Shown here: piece by piece, positions 15,738 to 24,782 of the stretch
Position numbering within the stretch: the stretch's first letter is position 1
Layout of the letters: each line of letters starts with the position of its first letter
Origin: an uncultured archaeon
Lineage (GTDB): Archaea; Nanohalarchaeota; Nanosalinia; Nanosalinales; Nanohalalkaliarchaeaceae
Length of the DNA stretch: 44,997 nt
NCBI GenBank assembly: GCA_964617945.1
Contig: CAZTXA010000002.1
Coordinates: forward strand, 1,543 to 46,539
Direction: 5' to 3'
Notes under the pieces: model-generated
The model's input: only the letters and a program-made list of their open reading frames with translations
Told to the model about the DNA's origin: nothing
Database searches by the model: none
Program-made: the position numbers and the translations under genes

Positions 15738-16547
15738 ATGAGTAACACACGCCGCATGGTGGAGATTGCCGATTTCCCCATCAGCATCCGCACGGTGCAG
15801 GACTATTACCGGGATTCGGGAAATGTCGAGGAATACGAGGCGATACGCTACGAGACGCCCGGCGGCGCGGTCATCGATGACCGGCGGGAGCGATGGGTGC
15901 GAGAGTTCTTTGAATCATATGAAGGACCGGTTGACTGGGAGGAGCCGGCACCGCTGGACGACCGCCGGGTGCTGGTGAGCGCGGGCGGGACGGGCCGGAC
16001 CGCGCGGTACGTGACGGAAGAAACAGGTGCGGACACGGTCTGCCTCGATGCCTCCCGGCCGATGCTGGAGGAGGCGGTGCGGCGGGATCTGGGCGACGCC
16101 GGTATCGAGTACGTGCAGGGCGACGCGTGCCGGTTGCCGTTCGGTGAGGAGTTCGACTACGCCATCTCCCTCAGGAGCGCCCACGTCCTCGACGGCGACG
16201 TCACGGAGTATCTCTCGGAGATGGGGCGCGTCGCCGACAGGGGCGTGTTGACGAACACGTTCTCCGCCCGCAGCCTGCACAGCCTGTACGCCCCGTTCCT
16301 GGCGCAGGACGGGAAGACCTTCCCGGACGGCACAGTCGAGACGTACATCGATGAGGTGGACACGGTGGTGGAGAAACACCGCAGCAACGAGTTCGTCGTC
16401 CCGTACGCCGGATTCCATGTGACCGGTAACGTGAGACCGCTGACCCCGCTCGTCTCCCCGGTAAAACGGGCGAACGAGTTCCTGGAGGGGACACCGGTGG
16501 CGGACAGGATAGCGTCTGTCACCGTGTGGAACCTGGAATCAGTCTAG
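15738..16547 (+). CDS. Class I SAM-dependent methyltransferase
   Basis: Start trimmed to ATG 15738. Motif I VLVSAGGTGRTARYV, then CLDASRPMLEEA and the post-II motif GDACRLPF. Confidence 0.7.
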   Translation: MSNTRRMVEIADFPISIRTVQDYYRDSGNVEEYEAIRYETPGGAVIDDRRERWVREFFESYEGPVDWEEPAPLDDRRVLVSAGGTGRTARYVTEETGADTVCLDASRPMLEEAVRRDLGDAGIEYVQGDACRLPFGEEFDYAISLRSAHVLDGDVTEYLSEMGRVADRGVLTNTFSARSLHSLYAPFLAQDGKTFPDGTVETYIDEVDTVVEKHRSNEFVVPYAGFHVTGNVRPLTPLVSPVKRANEFLEGTPVADRIASVTVWNLESV

Positions 16548-17906
16548 ACCGGCCGCGATTTCGTCCCTGAACAGTTCCACGAAGTGCTCCTCTTCATCCC
16601 GCGGGATCTTCCCGCCTGCCGCGGCGTCGTGGCCGCCGCCCTCCCCGCCGCACTCCTCGGCCAGCTCCTCCATCATCTCGTTCATCGCCAGTCCCGTCTC
16701 GACAACATCTTCCTCCGCCCGGACAGAGATCTTGGTGTGCTCCTCGTCCTTCCACGCCAGTCCGCCGAGTACAGGCGTGGAGATGATGCCGGACTTCTGG
16801 CATATAGTCGCTATCGTCCCGATCATATTTTCGTGGATGTTGTCCTCCGCCATAATAACTGCGGCGTTGTCGAATCGCTGGACGACGTCGCTGTTGTCGA
16901 GGTTGTCTTCCACGAAGGAAAGGTAATTCCCGATTTTGCGGCCGTATGCACGCTTGATGGTGGCCGCCAGGTCGTAATCATCCTCCAGACAGATCCTGAT
17001 ACCGTCCTCAGGCCGTTCCAGACGGCCGCACGCGTTCAACAGCGAGGAGAACTCTCTGATCTCCCACCCGTTGTCCAGCATGTAGATATCGCCCAGCAAC
17101 TGTTCAACGTCGTACCCCTGCATGATGAGACCGTGCACGATCTGTTTCTCCTCCTCCAGCGACAGGTCGGCGAGGCTGCGCCACCCCCCGTTCTCCCGCA
17201 GGTCCAGGCCCAGCCCGGAGAGGAACTGGACAGCCCCGGACTCGCTGTTCGAGATCCCTGGCAGGTACGGGTCGGTCGTGTACTTCAGCGCCTCGACGAC
17301 GCTCTTCCGTGTGCGGCCGTACAGCTTCAGCCCCTGTTTCCGCTCGATCAGGCCCTGCTCCACCGCGTCCTCGATCAGCGGCTGGTTCAGGCCGAGGTAC
17401 CCGTCATCGTCCTCCTGGATGTCCCCTGTCGCGCCGACGACCGCGTACTGCATCAGGTCCTGGTTCTCCTCACCCATCATCCGCGCCAGAAGGTAGGTCA
17501 TCCCCGCGCCGGAGATATCCTCGCCCCCGTCGATCCCGTACCGGTGCGGGTTCAGGTGGTGGTCAACAGTCCCCTCCCCCGGTTCGTGGTGGTCGGCGAT
17601 GAACACGGTCTCCTCGTCCAGCCCCTCCACGATATCCTCGATCTGGCCGCTGCCGATGTCGACGAACAGCCACGCCGGCTCGTCCGCCTCCTCCAGCACG
17701 TCCTCGATCTTCTCCGCGTTCAACTCCTCCACAAACGTTATCTCGAACGGGACGTCCGCGCGGTCCAGCATCTCGTGCGCGATGACCGCGGACGAGATCC
17801 CGTCGCAGTCGTAGTGCGCCACGACCCGGACCGCGTCCACGGCTTCAAGCGATTCCGCCGCTTCTGCGGCGTCTCGCACCATCTCTTTACTCTTCTCCAG
17901 AAGCAT
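16539..17906 (-). CDS. RecJ-like DHH/DHHA1 phosphoesterase (archaeal RecJ/Cdc45-GAN family)
   Basis: Start trimmed to ATG 17906. DHH motifs VVAHYDCDGISS, FVDIGSG and FIADHHEP, and DHHA1-type GGGHDAAAGG near the C-terminus. It lies immediately downstream of rps15, a linkage common in archaea. Confidence 0.85.
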   Translation of the reverse strand: MLLEKSKEMVRDAAEAAESLEAVDAVRVVAHYDCDGISSAVIAHEMLDRADVPFEITFVEELNAEKIEDVLEEADEPAWLFVDIGSGQIEDIVEGLDEETVFIADHHEPGEGTVDHHLNPHRYGIDGGEDISGAGMTYLLARMMGEENQDLMQYAVVGATGDIQEDDDGYLGLNQPLIEDAVEQGLIERKQGLKLYGRTRKSVVEALKYTTDPYLPGISNSESGAVQFLSGLGLDLRENGGWRSLADLSLEEEKQIVHGLIMQGYDVEQLLGDIYMLDNGWEIREFSSLLNACGRLERPEDGIRICLEDDYDLAATIKRAYGRKIGNYLSFVEDNLDNSDVVQRFDNAAVIMAEDNIHENMIGTIATICQKSGIISTPVLGGLAWKDEEHTKISVRAEEDVVETGLAMNEMMEELAEECGGEGGGHDAAAGGKIPRDEEEHFVELFRDEIAAGLD

Positions 17907-17913
17907 ATACCTG

Positions 17914-18351
17914 TCACTCGACGGCGAGCCGTGCCTTCTCGATGTTATACGTCCAGTCCGCGGGCACCTCGTCACCACGGTAGTAGTCAACGAGCCGCCG
18001 GATCTTCGACTCGATCATGGACAGGTTCCGCTGTGCGGACGAATCCGCCGGATGATCGTCGAGATGGTCGTCTATCCGGACGGCCTTCCGCATCAGGTTC
18101 TGCAGGTCTTCCGGGAACTCGCCCACGTCGACCGTGTCCGACAGCTGTTCCCCGGTCACTGCCTCCACGTCCGGGATGCCGTACTGGTCGCGGAGCACAC
18201 GGCCGATATCTGACGGTGCAAGCCCGTCGTCAGCCAGTTGCTCCACGAGGTTACCGACCTCGTTCCCGTCGTAGATCACCCAGTCCGTGTCGACACTGGC
18301 AGGCCGGGAACTCCCGGAGCTGCCGCGCCGCCGTGAATGCATCCGTGCCAT
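17914..18351 (-). CDS. rps15: Ribosomal protein S15 (uS15/S13e)
   Basis: MARMHSRRRGSSGSSRP... N-terminus and the C-terminal S15 fold motif (RNLSMIESKIRRLVDYYR). Confidence 0.9.
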   Translation of the reverse strand: MARMHSRRRGSSGSSRPASVDTDWVIYDGNEVGNLVEQLADDGLAPSDIGRVLRDQYGIPDVEAVTGEQLSDTVDVGEFPEDLQNLMRKAVRIDDHLDDHPADSSAQRNLSMIESKIRRLVDYYRGDEVPADWTYNIEKARLAVE

Positions 18352-18388
18352 GGTAATCTCTCACCGACAAAGTTTCAAATAGGTGTGG

Positions 18389-18976
18389 CTAGGAGGTGTA
18401 CCGGCCGCGGCCCTCTATCTCCTCGAACCGGTCTATGACGTCGTCAACGTCGCCCCCCTCTTCCCTGTACGCCGCTAGCACTGCTTCCATCGCCTCCTCC
18501 GCAACCGCTGTGTGGGTGCTGTCCAGCACCTCCTTGAGCAGGTGGAGGTCTGTCGCCCTGTCTTCCACCCGTTCCGAGAAGAACCCGAGCCCGAAATCGA
18601 TCAGATACAGCTCCTCTCCATCCACGATCATGTTGGAGGTGGTGAGGTCGCCGTGGATGATGTTCCGGTTGTGCAGCCGTGCAACCGCTTCACCGATATC
18701 CGCCCACACACCGGGACGCGATGCAAAGACCTGTCCCAGCACATCCCCGTCGATCGTCTCCATCGTTAGCTCGGTGTCACCGGCCTGTTCAACGTCAGGA
18801 ACGTTCACACCGGCCTGCCGCGCCTTCTCCAGGAGACGGGCCTCCTGCTCCGTCCGTTCCGTGCGGAGCCGCTCGTCCAGGTCGTCGTGACGGTACTGTT
18901 TCGGCACGCGCTCCTTCACAGCGGTCTCTGCACCGATGTTAACCCGTGCTTCTGCCCCGATGTGTGCCGCCATCAT
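18389..18976 (-). CDS. bud32: Kae1-associated kinase Bud32 (KEOPS subunit), stand-alone
   Basis: 195 aa small RIO-like kinase. Motifs AVKERVPKQYR, EARLLEKA, IIHGDLTTSNMIV and LYLIDFGLG. Confidence 0.85.
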   Translation of the reverse strand: MMAAHIGAEARVNIGAETAVKERVPKQYRHDDLDERLRTERTEQEARLLEKARQAGVNVPDVEQAGDTELTMETIDGDVLGQVFASRPGVWADIGEAVARLHNRNIIHGDLTTSNMIVDGEELYLIDFGLGFFSERVEDRATDLHLLKEVLDSTHTAVAEEAMEAVLAAYREEGGDVDDVIDRFEEIEGRGRYTS

Positions 18977-19028
18977 ATTTTAATCGGCAGGGAACAGTTT
19001 TATGCACTGGCCGAGGAGGAACCATCAG

Positions 19029-20711
19029 ATGGCAGCGATATCCGTCATAGCAGCTGATTTCGGGATTATCATCGTCACAGCCGCCGTCCTGGCTATCATC
19101 GCGCAGCGGACGAACCAGCCGAAGCTGATCGCCTACATCCTCACTGGTATCCTGCTCGGACCGATGGTCCTGGACCGCGTAGCAGGGACAGAACTCTCCA
19201 CGGTCCTCTCCGACCTCGGCCTCGCGTTCCTCCTGTTCTTCATCGGCGCCGAACTCCGGTTTGACGAGGTCCGGGAGATCCTCGGCCCCGTCGTGAAAAT
19301 AGCGGTACCGCAGATGGCGCTGACGGGGCTTCTCGGTACGCTCCTCGGCCTGGCGTTCGGGTTCGATCCTGTCGCGGCAGTCATCGTCGGCCTCGCAGTG
19401 ATGTACGGGTCGACAGCGGTCATCGTGAAACTGTTGACAGACCGCGGCGACCATACAACGGTACCTGGAAAGATAGATATCGGGGTACTATTGGTGCAGG
19501 ACATCGTCGTCATCATCCTGATGGCGATAATAGCGGCCGGCCCGGCAAGCACCGGCCGGCTCGCTATGAGTATCGTCGAGATCCTGTTCCTGGTCGGCGT
19601 CATCGCAGCGGTGACCATGGCATCATCCCGGTACCTCCTCCCCGTCCTCTCCGACATCGTGTTCCGGGATATCCAGACCTTCCTCATCCACGGCCTGGCC
19701 TGGTTCTTCCTGTTCGTGAGCGCGGCCGAATACCTCGGACTGTCCATCGAGGTCGGGGCGTTCCTCGCCGGCCTCGGCCTGGCACAGCTCCCGTACCGCA
19801 GCGAGATCCGGGAACGGGTCCGACCGCTGACCACGTTGTTCGTCGCCCTGTTCTTCGTCACCTTCGGCCTCAACATGGAGCCCGGCGCGTTCACGGCGTA
19901 CTGGCGGGAGGCTGTCATCGCAGCGGCCGTCCTGATGGTAGGAAAGTTCCTGATCATGTTCGCCCTGACCGACTGGCAACAGTTCACGCCGCACACCTCG
20001 TTCATCGCCTCGATCAATATGACACAGACAAGCGAGTTCTCCCTCGTGCTCGGCAGTGCTGCACTGGTCAGCGGCTACATATCGCAGGAGATCCTCGGCT
20101 TCCTCAGCATCGTCGCCCTGATCACCATGGGCCTGTCATCGTACCTGATAAACTACAGCGGCAGGATCTACCAGCGGCTTGAGCCGTTTCTGGCCCGTAT
20201 CGAATCAGAGGAGAAGACGGACGCTGATATCAGCAAGATTGACAACCATGCGATCATCGTCGGGTACAACGATATCACGCGCCGGGTCGTGCCAGTCCTC
20301 AGGGAATACGTGGACGATGTCGTTCTCATCGACAGGAACACGCACAACACGCAGGACGCGAAAGATCTGAGCTGCGAATACATCTTCGGCGACGCGAAAC
20401 ACCGCGGTATCCGCGACTCAGCCGGCATCGACCGTGCCCGGATCATCATCAGCTTCTCGGAGGAGATCGAGGCGAACACAAAACTACTGGAGGAGCGGCC
20501 ATCAGGGTCGATAGCGTTCGTCCGGGCGACCACGCGGCAGGAGGCCGGTGAACTGTACGACTTCGGCGCGGACTATATCATCCGGAAGAACGCGATCGCC
20601 GGCGACCAGTTCCTTGACCACCTCGAACAGTACTTCGACGACCCTGACGCGTTTGAGAAGACTGCTGGAGAAACACGGGAAGACCTCGCGGAGGGTGGAG
20701 AACATGGCTGA
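19029..20711 (+). CDS. CPA2-family monovalent cation:proton antiporter (Kef-type) with C-terminal RCK/TrkA-N domain
   Basis: About 12 TM helices (LIAYILTGILLGP..., FFIGAELRF) followed by a soluble RCK-like domain (HAIIVGYNDITRRV). The track ORF begins at 19002. I prefer ATG 19029, which lies about 27 nt from a TATA-like TTTTATG. Confidence 0.85.
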   Translation: MAAISVIAADFGIIIVTAAVLAIIAQRTNQPKLIAYILTGILLGPMVLDRVAGTELSTVLSDLGLAFLLFFIGAELRFDEVREILGPVVKIAVPQMALTGLLGTLLGLAFGFDPVAAVIVGLAVMYGSTAVIVKLLTDRGDHTTVPGKIDIGVLLVQDIVVIILMAIIAAGPASTGRLAMSIVEILFLVGVIAAVTMASSRYLLPVLSDIVFRDIQTFLIHGLAWFFLFVSAAEYLGLSIEVGAFLAGLGLAQLPYRSEIRERVRPLTTLFVALFFVTFGLNMEPGAFTAYWREAVIAAAVLMVGKFLIMFALTDWQQFTPHTSFIASINMTQTSEFSLVLGSAALVSGYISQEILGFLSIVALITMGLSSYLINYSGRIYQRLEPFLARIESEEKTDADISKIDNHAIIVGYNDITRRVVPVLREYVDDVVLIDRNTHNTQDAKDLSCEYIFGDAKHRGIRDSAGIDRARIIISFSEEIEANTKLLEERPSGSIAFVRATTRQEAGELYDFGADYIIRKNAIAGDQFLDHLEQYFDDPDAFEKTAGETREDLAEGGEHG

Positions 20712-22323
20712 AATGCTTCCAGTGCTGACAGTGGTGTTTGTCGCCGCGTCCGCGGCACTGCTCATATTCCAGCGGTACGGCCACCCGGCCATCCCGGCCT
20801 ACCTCGCTGCCGGCGTGGCACTCAGCACGGTGGTAGACGAGTCACAGGTGCTCAACCTTGCGTTCCTCGGGATAGCGTTCCTCGTGTTCGTCTTCGGGAT
20901 GCGGCTGGACGCTGACAGGGTCTACCGGCTTGTACAGGGACACTTCTCCACGACCCTGCTCCAGGTCGGGGTGGTCGGGTCCGGTGCGTTCCTCATCGCC
21001 TGGCTGTGGCGGTTCACCCTCCTTGAATCAGTGCTGCTGGGCGTGGCAGCATCACTCAGTTCCTCACTGGTCGCGACCGAGATCCTGGCGCGGAATATGG
21101 GGAGTGAACATATCCACGGCCGGCTGTCTGAAGCGATCAACCTCGTCCAGGATTTGCTGGCGATCGTCGTCTTCATCGGTATCGGACTGTTCACCGCCGG
21201 TCCCGGCCGGGCGGTCCCTGCCCTCGGGTGGATAGCGGCTATCTTCATCGCCGCCGGTATCATCCGACAGGCGCTCCCGTATATCACCCATGTCATCGGG
21301 AACTCCCGCGAGATCATGCTCCTGACAGCACTTACGGTCCTCTCCACGTTCATCCTGGCGGCGGACCGGGCCGGGATTTCCATCGTTGTCGGATCGTTCG
21401 CCGCCGGAGCCGCCCTGTCAAAGTTCCCGTACAACATCGAGATGCTGGAAACGATGACCTCGTTAAAGGACTTCTTCGCGGCCATCTTCTTCGTCTCCCT
21501 CGGCGCCGCCGTGACATTTCCCTCAATCACCGGTCTCCTTATCGCCGCGGCGCTCTTCTTCGCCACCGTCTTCCTCAAGCCCGCTGTCACCGTGATGAGT
21601 ATCGAATACCACGGATACGATTCCCGCACCGCCTACCTGACAGCGCTCCACCTTGACCAGACAAGCGAGTTCGCACTCATCCTCACCATCCAGTTATTCC
21701 TCGCCGGATCGATCGGGGCGGACGTCTTCCACGGCATCGTACTTGCAGCGGCGGTCACGATGGTCACCTCCTCGTACACGAGCCGCCACGGGGACAGGAT
21801 TTACGAGTTCCTTGATGCGGAAGGGCTGATCGACCCGATCGGCGATATCATCGACCACGATGTCGACCCTGCTATAGAGGATCACTGTATCATCGCCGGG
21901 TTCCATGTCCAGGGGAAGCAGCTGGCTGCATTCCTCGAGGAGCGGGGCGTCCCGTTCGTTGTCATCGACAACGACCCTGACAGGATTATCGAGGCGCGCG
22001 GCGAAGGATACCAGTACGTGTTCGCAGATGTTAACGGGGACAGTGCGTGGAACACCGCGCAGGCCGATGATGCGGACCTCGTCATATCGACGATCCCGTT
22101 CCCGTCCGTCTCCGAACGCCTCCTGTCGCTCGACATCGACGCCGATATCATCCTCCGCTCGGAGGACCAGGAACGGGCGGCCGACTTCGCCGAGGAATGC
22201 CTGTACGTCATCAACTCAGATATCCTGGCGACACAGCGGATCATCAGCCATATCAGGAACTGCCTTGAAAGCGACGAGTACCGGGAACAGTTGCGGGAGG
22301 AGAGTATGGAGGAACTGTCATGA
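20704..22323 (+). CDS. Second CPA2-family cation:proton antiporter with RCK domain
   Basis: Start trimmed to ATG 20704 (MAEMLPVLTVVFVAAS...), overlapping the previous stop by 8 nt. Paralogous architecture (FVFGMRLD, then HCIIAGFHVQGKQLA). Confidence 0.85.
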   Translation: MAEMLPVLTVVFVAASAALLIFQRYGHPAIPAYLAAGVALSTVVDESQVLNLAFLGIAFLVFVFGMRLDADRVYRLVQGHFSTTLLQVGVVGSGAFLIAWLWRFTLLESVLLGVAASLSSSLVATEILARNMGSEHIHGRLSEAINLVQDLLAIVVFIGIGLFTAGPGRAVPALGWIAAIFIAAGIIRQALPYITHVIGNSREIMLLTALTVLSTFILAADRAGISIVVGSFAAGAALSKFPYNIEMLETMTSLKDFFAAIFFVSLGAAVTFPSITGLLIAAALFFATVFLKPAVTVMSIEYHGYDSRTAYLTALHLDQTSEFALILTIQLFLAGSIGADVFHGIVLAAAVTMVTSSYTSRHGDRIYEFLDAEGLIDPIGDIIDHDVDPAIEDHCIIAGFHVQGKQLAAFLEERGVPFVVIDNDPDRIIEARGEGYQYVFADVNGDSAWNTAQADDADLVISTIPFPSVSERLLSLDIDADIILRSEDQERAADFAEECLYVINSDILATQRIISHIRNCLESDEYREQLREESMEELS

Positions 22324-22932
22324 TCCGCGGTCCAGGATGTCCTCGATTTCCTCTCTCGTGACCGGGCCCTCCCGGTGGACGACGACATTGTTCTCCCGGA
22401 GTTCAACGATAGTGCTCGGTGACAGTTGGTCCAGTGCTCCCGCATCCACGACCATATCGACTGCGTCCCGGACGTCCGCTGCGATGTCGTCGACCCGGTA
22501 CCGTGACTCGCCGCCGCTGACGTTGGCACTGGTCGCGACCACCGGCACCCCGGCCGCGTCCGCCAGCTGTCGTGCGGTGTCGCTGCCGGGGATGCGGAAC
22601 ACGAACGCGGAATTGAGGACGTCCGGTAGCGCTCCTGTCTTCTCCGCGACCAGGGTGACCGGGCCCGGCATGAACGCGTCCACGACCGCGCGCTCCCTGT
22701 CACTGAGGCGGCAGTACTGTTCCGCCATCTCCACATCGCTGACGATACATGTCAGGCCTTTCTCCCGCGGCCGCTCCTTGATATCATAAACTCGTTTCAC
22801 CGCGTCCCCGTCCGTGGCATCACAGCCCAGCCCGTAACACGTCTCGGTCGGGTAGATGACAGTGCCACCGTCCCGGACCGTGGCCGCAGCCTGTCTGATA
22901 CCGTCCCGTGTGTCTCCGACGGTCACCGCCAC
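22318..22932 (-). CDS. sua5: Threonylcarbamoyl-AMP synthase (Sua5/YrdC, YrdC domain only)
   Basis: VIYPTETCYGLGCDA, RVYDIKERP, FRIP and VVATSANVSGG motifs. GTG start at 22932 overlaps the kae1 stop by 10 nt. Confidence 0.9.
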   Translation of the reverse strand: MAVTVGDTRDGIRQAAATVRDGGTVIYPTETCYGLGCDATDGDAVKRVYDIKERPREKGLTCIVSDVEMAEQYCRLSDRERAVVDAFMPGPVTLVAEKTGALPDVLNSAFVFRIPGSDTARQLADAAGVPVVATSANVSGGESRYRVDDIAADVRDAVDMVVDAGALDQLSPSTIVELRENNVVVHREGPVTREEIEDILDRGS

Positions 22933-23903
22933 GTCACATCCACCTCGTCCGGCCGCCAGTCAGCATCCACCCCTGATCCATCGATATCGTCCGGCTCCCC
23001 ATGCTCCGCCCGGTTCGTACCCTGCCACGCGATCATCGCGCCGTTGTCCGTCGCGTATTCCAGCGGGCAGAGGAACGCGTCCGCGCCGCGCTGGTCGCAC
23101 ATCTGCTCCACCATCTCCCGCAGCCGCGCATTGGCGGCGACGCCCCCGGTCAGCAGTACCTCCTCCTTTCCGAGGTGGGCGACCGCCCGCTCCGCCGCCT
23201 CCACCAGCATCGCGTACAGGTGCTCCTGGAACGAGAAGCACAGGTCCTCCTCCGCCACGCCCTCTTCCTCGTACAGCCGCTGCGCCTCTGTCAACAGGCC
23301 CGAGAACGAGAAATCCATCCCCTTGACGGTGTACGACAGGTCGTGGAGTTCCTCCCCCTGCTCTGCCAGGCGTTCGATCTCCGGGCCGCCGGGGTGCGGG
23401 ATGCCCAGCGTGCGCGCCAGTTTATCCAGCGCGTTCCCGGCCGCGATGTCCAGGGTCTCACCGAATACACGGTACCGGCCGCCCGCGTACGCGATCACCT
23501 GCGAGTTCCCGCCGGACACGAACAGGACGACAGGGTCGTCCGCATCCGTGGCGTGCCGCCCCACCTCGACGTGCCCGATGACATGGTTCACCCCGTACAG
23601 GGGAAGGTCATGCTTCAGTGCGAGGGTGCGGGCGGCGACCGCGCCGACCTCCAGCGACTGCGGCATCCCCGGGCCACGGGAGAACGAGATACAGTCAAGA
23701 TCCGCGGGGTCGAGTCCTGCGGTGGAGAGCGCCTGCTGGTAGACGTCCAGTGATTCACGGTAGTGGTGTTCGGCGGCCTCGCGTGGATGGATGCCGCCCT
23801 CCACGGGTTCGTACATGTCCTTTTCGTTCGCCACGATCTCGCCGTCCTCTACGACGCCGACGCCGAACGTGTGCGCGGTCGATTCGATCCCGAGGCAACG
23901 CAT
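22923..23903 (-). CDS. kae1: tRNA N6-adenosine threonylcarbamoyltransferase Kae1
   Basis: MRCLGIESTAHTFGVGVV..., HPREAAEHH, VNHVIGHVE and LFVSGGNSQV, which are the canonical Kae1/OSGEP motifs. Confidence 0.95.
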   Translation of the reverse strand: MRCLGIESTAHTFGVGVVEDGEIVANEKDMYEPVEGGIHPREAAEHHYRESLDVYQQALSTAGLDPADLDCISFSRGPGMPQSLEVGAVAARTLALKHDLPLYGVNHVIGHVEVGRHATDADDPVVLFVSGGNSQVIAYAGGRYRVFGETLDIAAGNALDKLARTLGIPHPGGPEIERLAEQGEELHDLSYTVKGMDFSFSGLLTEAQRLYEEEGVAEEDLCFSFQEHLYAMLVEAAERAVAHLGKEEVLLTGGVAANARLREMVEQMCDQRGADAFLCPLEYATDNGAMIAWQGTNRAEHGEPDDIDGSGVDADWRPDEVDVTWR

Positions 23904-23934
23904 AGTCTAGCCTGCGGTAGAAGGGTTAAAGGTG

Positions 23935-24087
23935 TTACTTCTCGATCTCGGAGAATCCGCAGTTTCCACAGGTCTTCCGGTTCTCGTGCTCCGCAAGGAA
24001 CGAGTCACACCGCGGGCACTGCGGATGCGTTGTCGACCCGTCTTCGTCGTACTTCTCGTACACCGCCACCGGTTCATGCTTTCCCAT
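23935..24087 (-). CDS. rps27ae: Ribosomal protein S27ae (eS31)
   Basis: Hand-translated 50 aa: MGKHEPVAVYEKYDEDGSTTHPQCPRCDSFLAEHENRKTCGNCGFSEIEK (CPRC...CGNC zinc ribbon). It follows the rps24e stop directly, which is the conserved archaeal S24e-S27ae pair. Too short for the ORF track. Confidence 0.85.
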   Translation of the reverse strand: MGKHEPVAVYEKYDEDGSTTHPQCPRCDSFLAEHENRKTCGNCGFSEIEK

Positions 24088-24591
24088 TTATGAGTCACCG
24101 TCCTTCTCGTCGTCCGCGTCCGGCTCCTCCTCTTCGTCTGCACCATCTTCATCGCTCTCCTCTTCCTCCGTGTCCTCTTCTGTCTCGTCCTCTACGTCTT
24201 CTTCCCCAGTGTCGTCGTCTGACTCCTCCTCGTCAGCGCCCTCATCTTCTACAGCTTCGTCGTCCTCTGCTTCACTATCCTCGTCTCCGTCCTCCTCTGT
24301 TTCTTCAGCCTCCTCTTCACCGTCTTCCTCTGCGTCGTCACCGTCCTCCGGCAGTTCCTCGAAGATCGGCTCGTCGTGGACGCGGACCGTCCCTCTCGAG
24401 ACGGAGAGGCCGGTGGAGGAATGGATGTTCGCGATCTCCACGGTCTTCGGGTCGAGATCGAGTTCGGCCGCGATCTTGTCCCGGACCGCTGCCGCGCTCG
24501 GCGTCGCCTCGCCGACATGGGAGATCTCGACAGTGATCTCTTCCCGGTCCATCAGTGCCTGCTCCTCCCGGTCAACCACTTCTAGTTCCAT
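24088..24591 (-). CDS. rps24e: Ribosomal protein S24e with a roughly 85-aa poly-acidic C-terminal extension
   Basis: The first 80 or so residues are a canonical S24e core (MELEVVDREEQALMDREEITVEISHVGEATPS...IHSSTGLSVSRGTVRVHDEP). They are followed by an uninterrupted D/E-rich tail. ATG 24591 overlaps the spt4 stop. Confidence 0.9.
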   Translation of the reverse strand: MELEVVDREEQALMDREEITVEISHVGEATPSAAAVRDKIAAELDLDPKTVEIANIHSSTGLSVSRGTVRVHDEPIFEELPEDGDDAEEDGEEEAEETEEDGDEDSEAEDDEAVEDEGADEEESDDDTGEEDVEDETEEDTEEEESDEDGADEEEEPDADDEKDGDS

Positions 24592-24782
24592 CACACGTTC
24601 ACCTGTACCGCGTACCGGCCCGGCGTCGACACCCCGATCTCCTCCGCGATGTCGGAGTCTTCCGGGTCGTAGATAACGACGAGTCCGCGCCAGTTCGACG
24701 TCAGTTCATCGTTCTTGCAGATGTCGCATTCGCTGCCGCTGTCGACGATCCGTTTGCAGTTTGTGCAGGCTCTATCAGCCAT
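24591..24782 (-). CDS. spt4: Transcription elongation factor Spt4 (RpoE'')
   Basis: Start trimmed to ATG 24782: MADRACTNCKRIV...CDICKNDELTSNWRGLVVIYDPEDSDIAEEIG. This is the zinc ribbon plus the NGN-binding motif typical of Spt4. ATGA overlap with the rpoE' stop. Confidence 0.85.
   Translation of the reverse strand: MADRACTNCKRIVDSGSECDICKNDELTSNWRGLVVIYDPEDSDIAEEIGVSTPGRYAVQVNV

Noticed and set aside
16584-18356. 590-aa plus-strand ORF spanning the RecJ-like and S15 genes.
   Set aside because: It lies antisense to two genes with unmistakable family motifs (DHH/DHHA1; S15). Its product is Arg/Pro/Leu-rich with no motifs. It is a GC-rich antisense open frame.
24100-24350. Repetitive GA(A/C/G)-rich DNA that looks like a tandem repeat or array.
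   Set aside because: It is in frame with rps24e and encodes a continuous D/E tail. It has no regular repeat-spacer periodicity, so it is neither a CRISPR array nor a satellite repeat.
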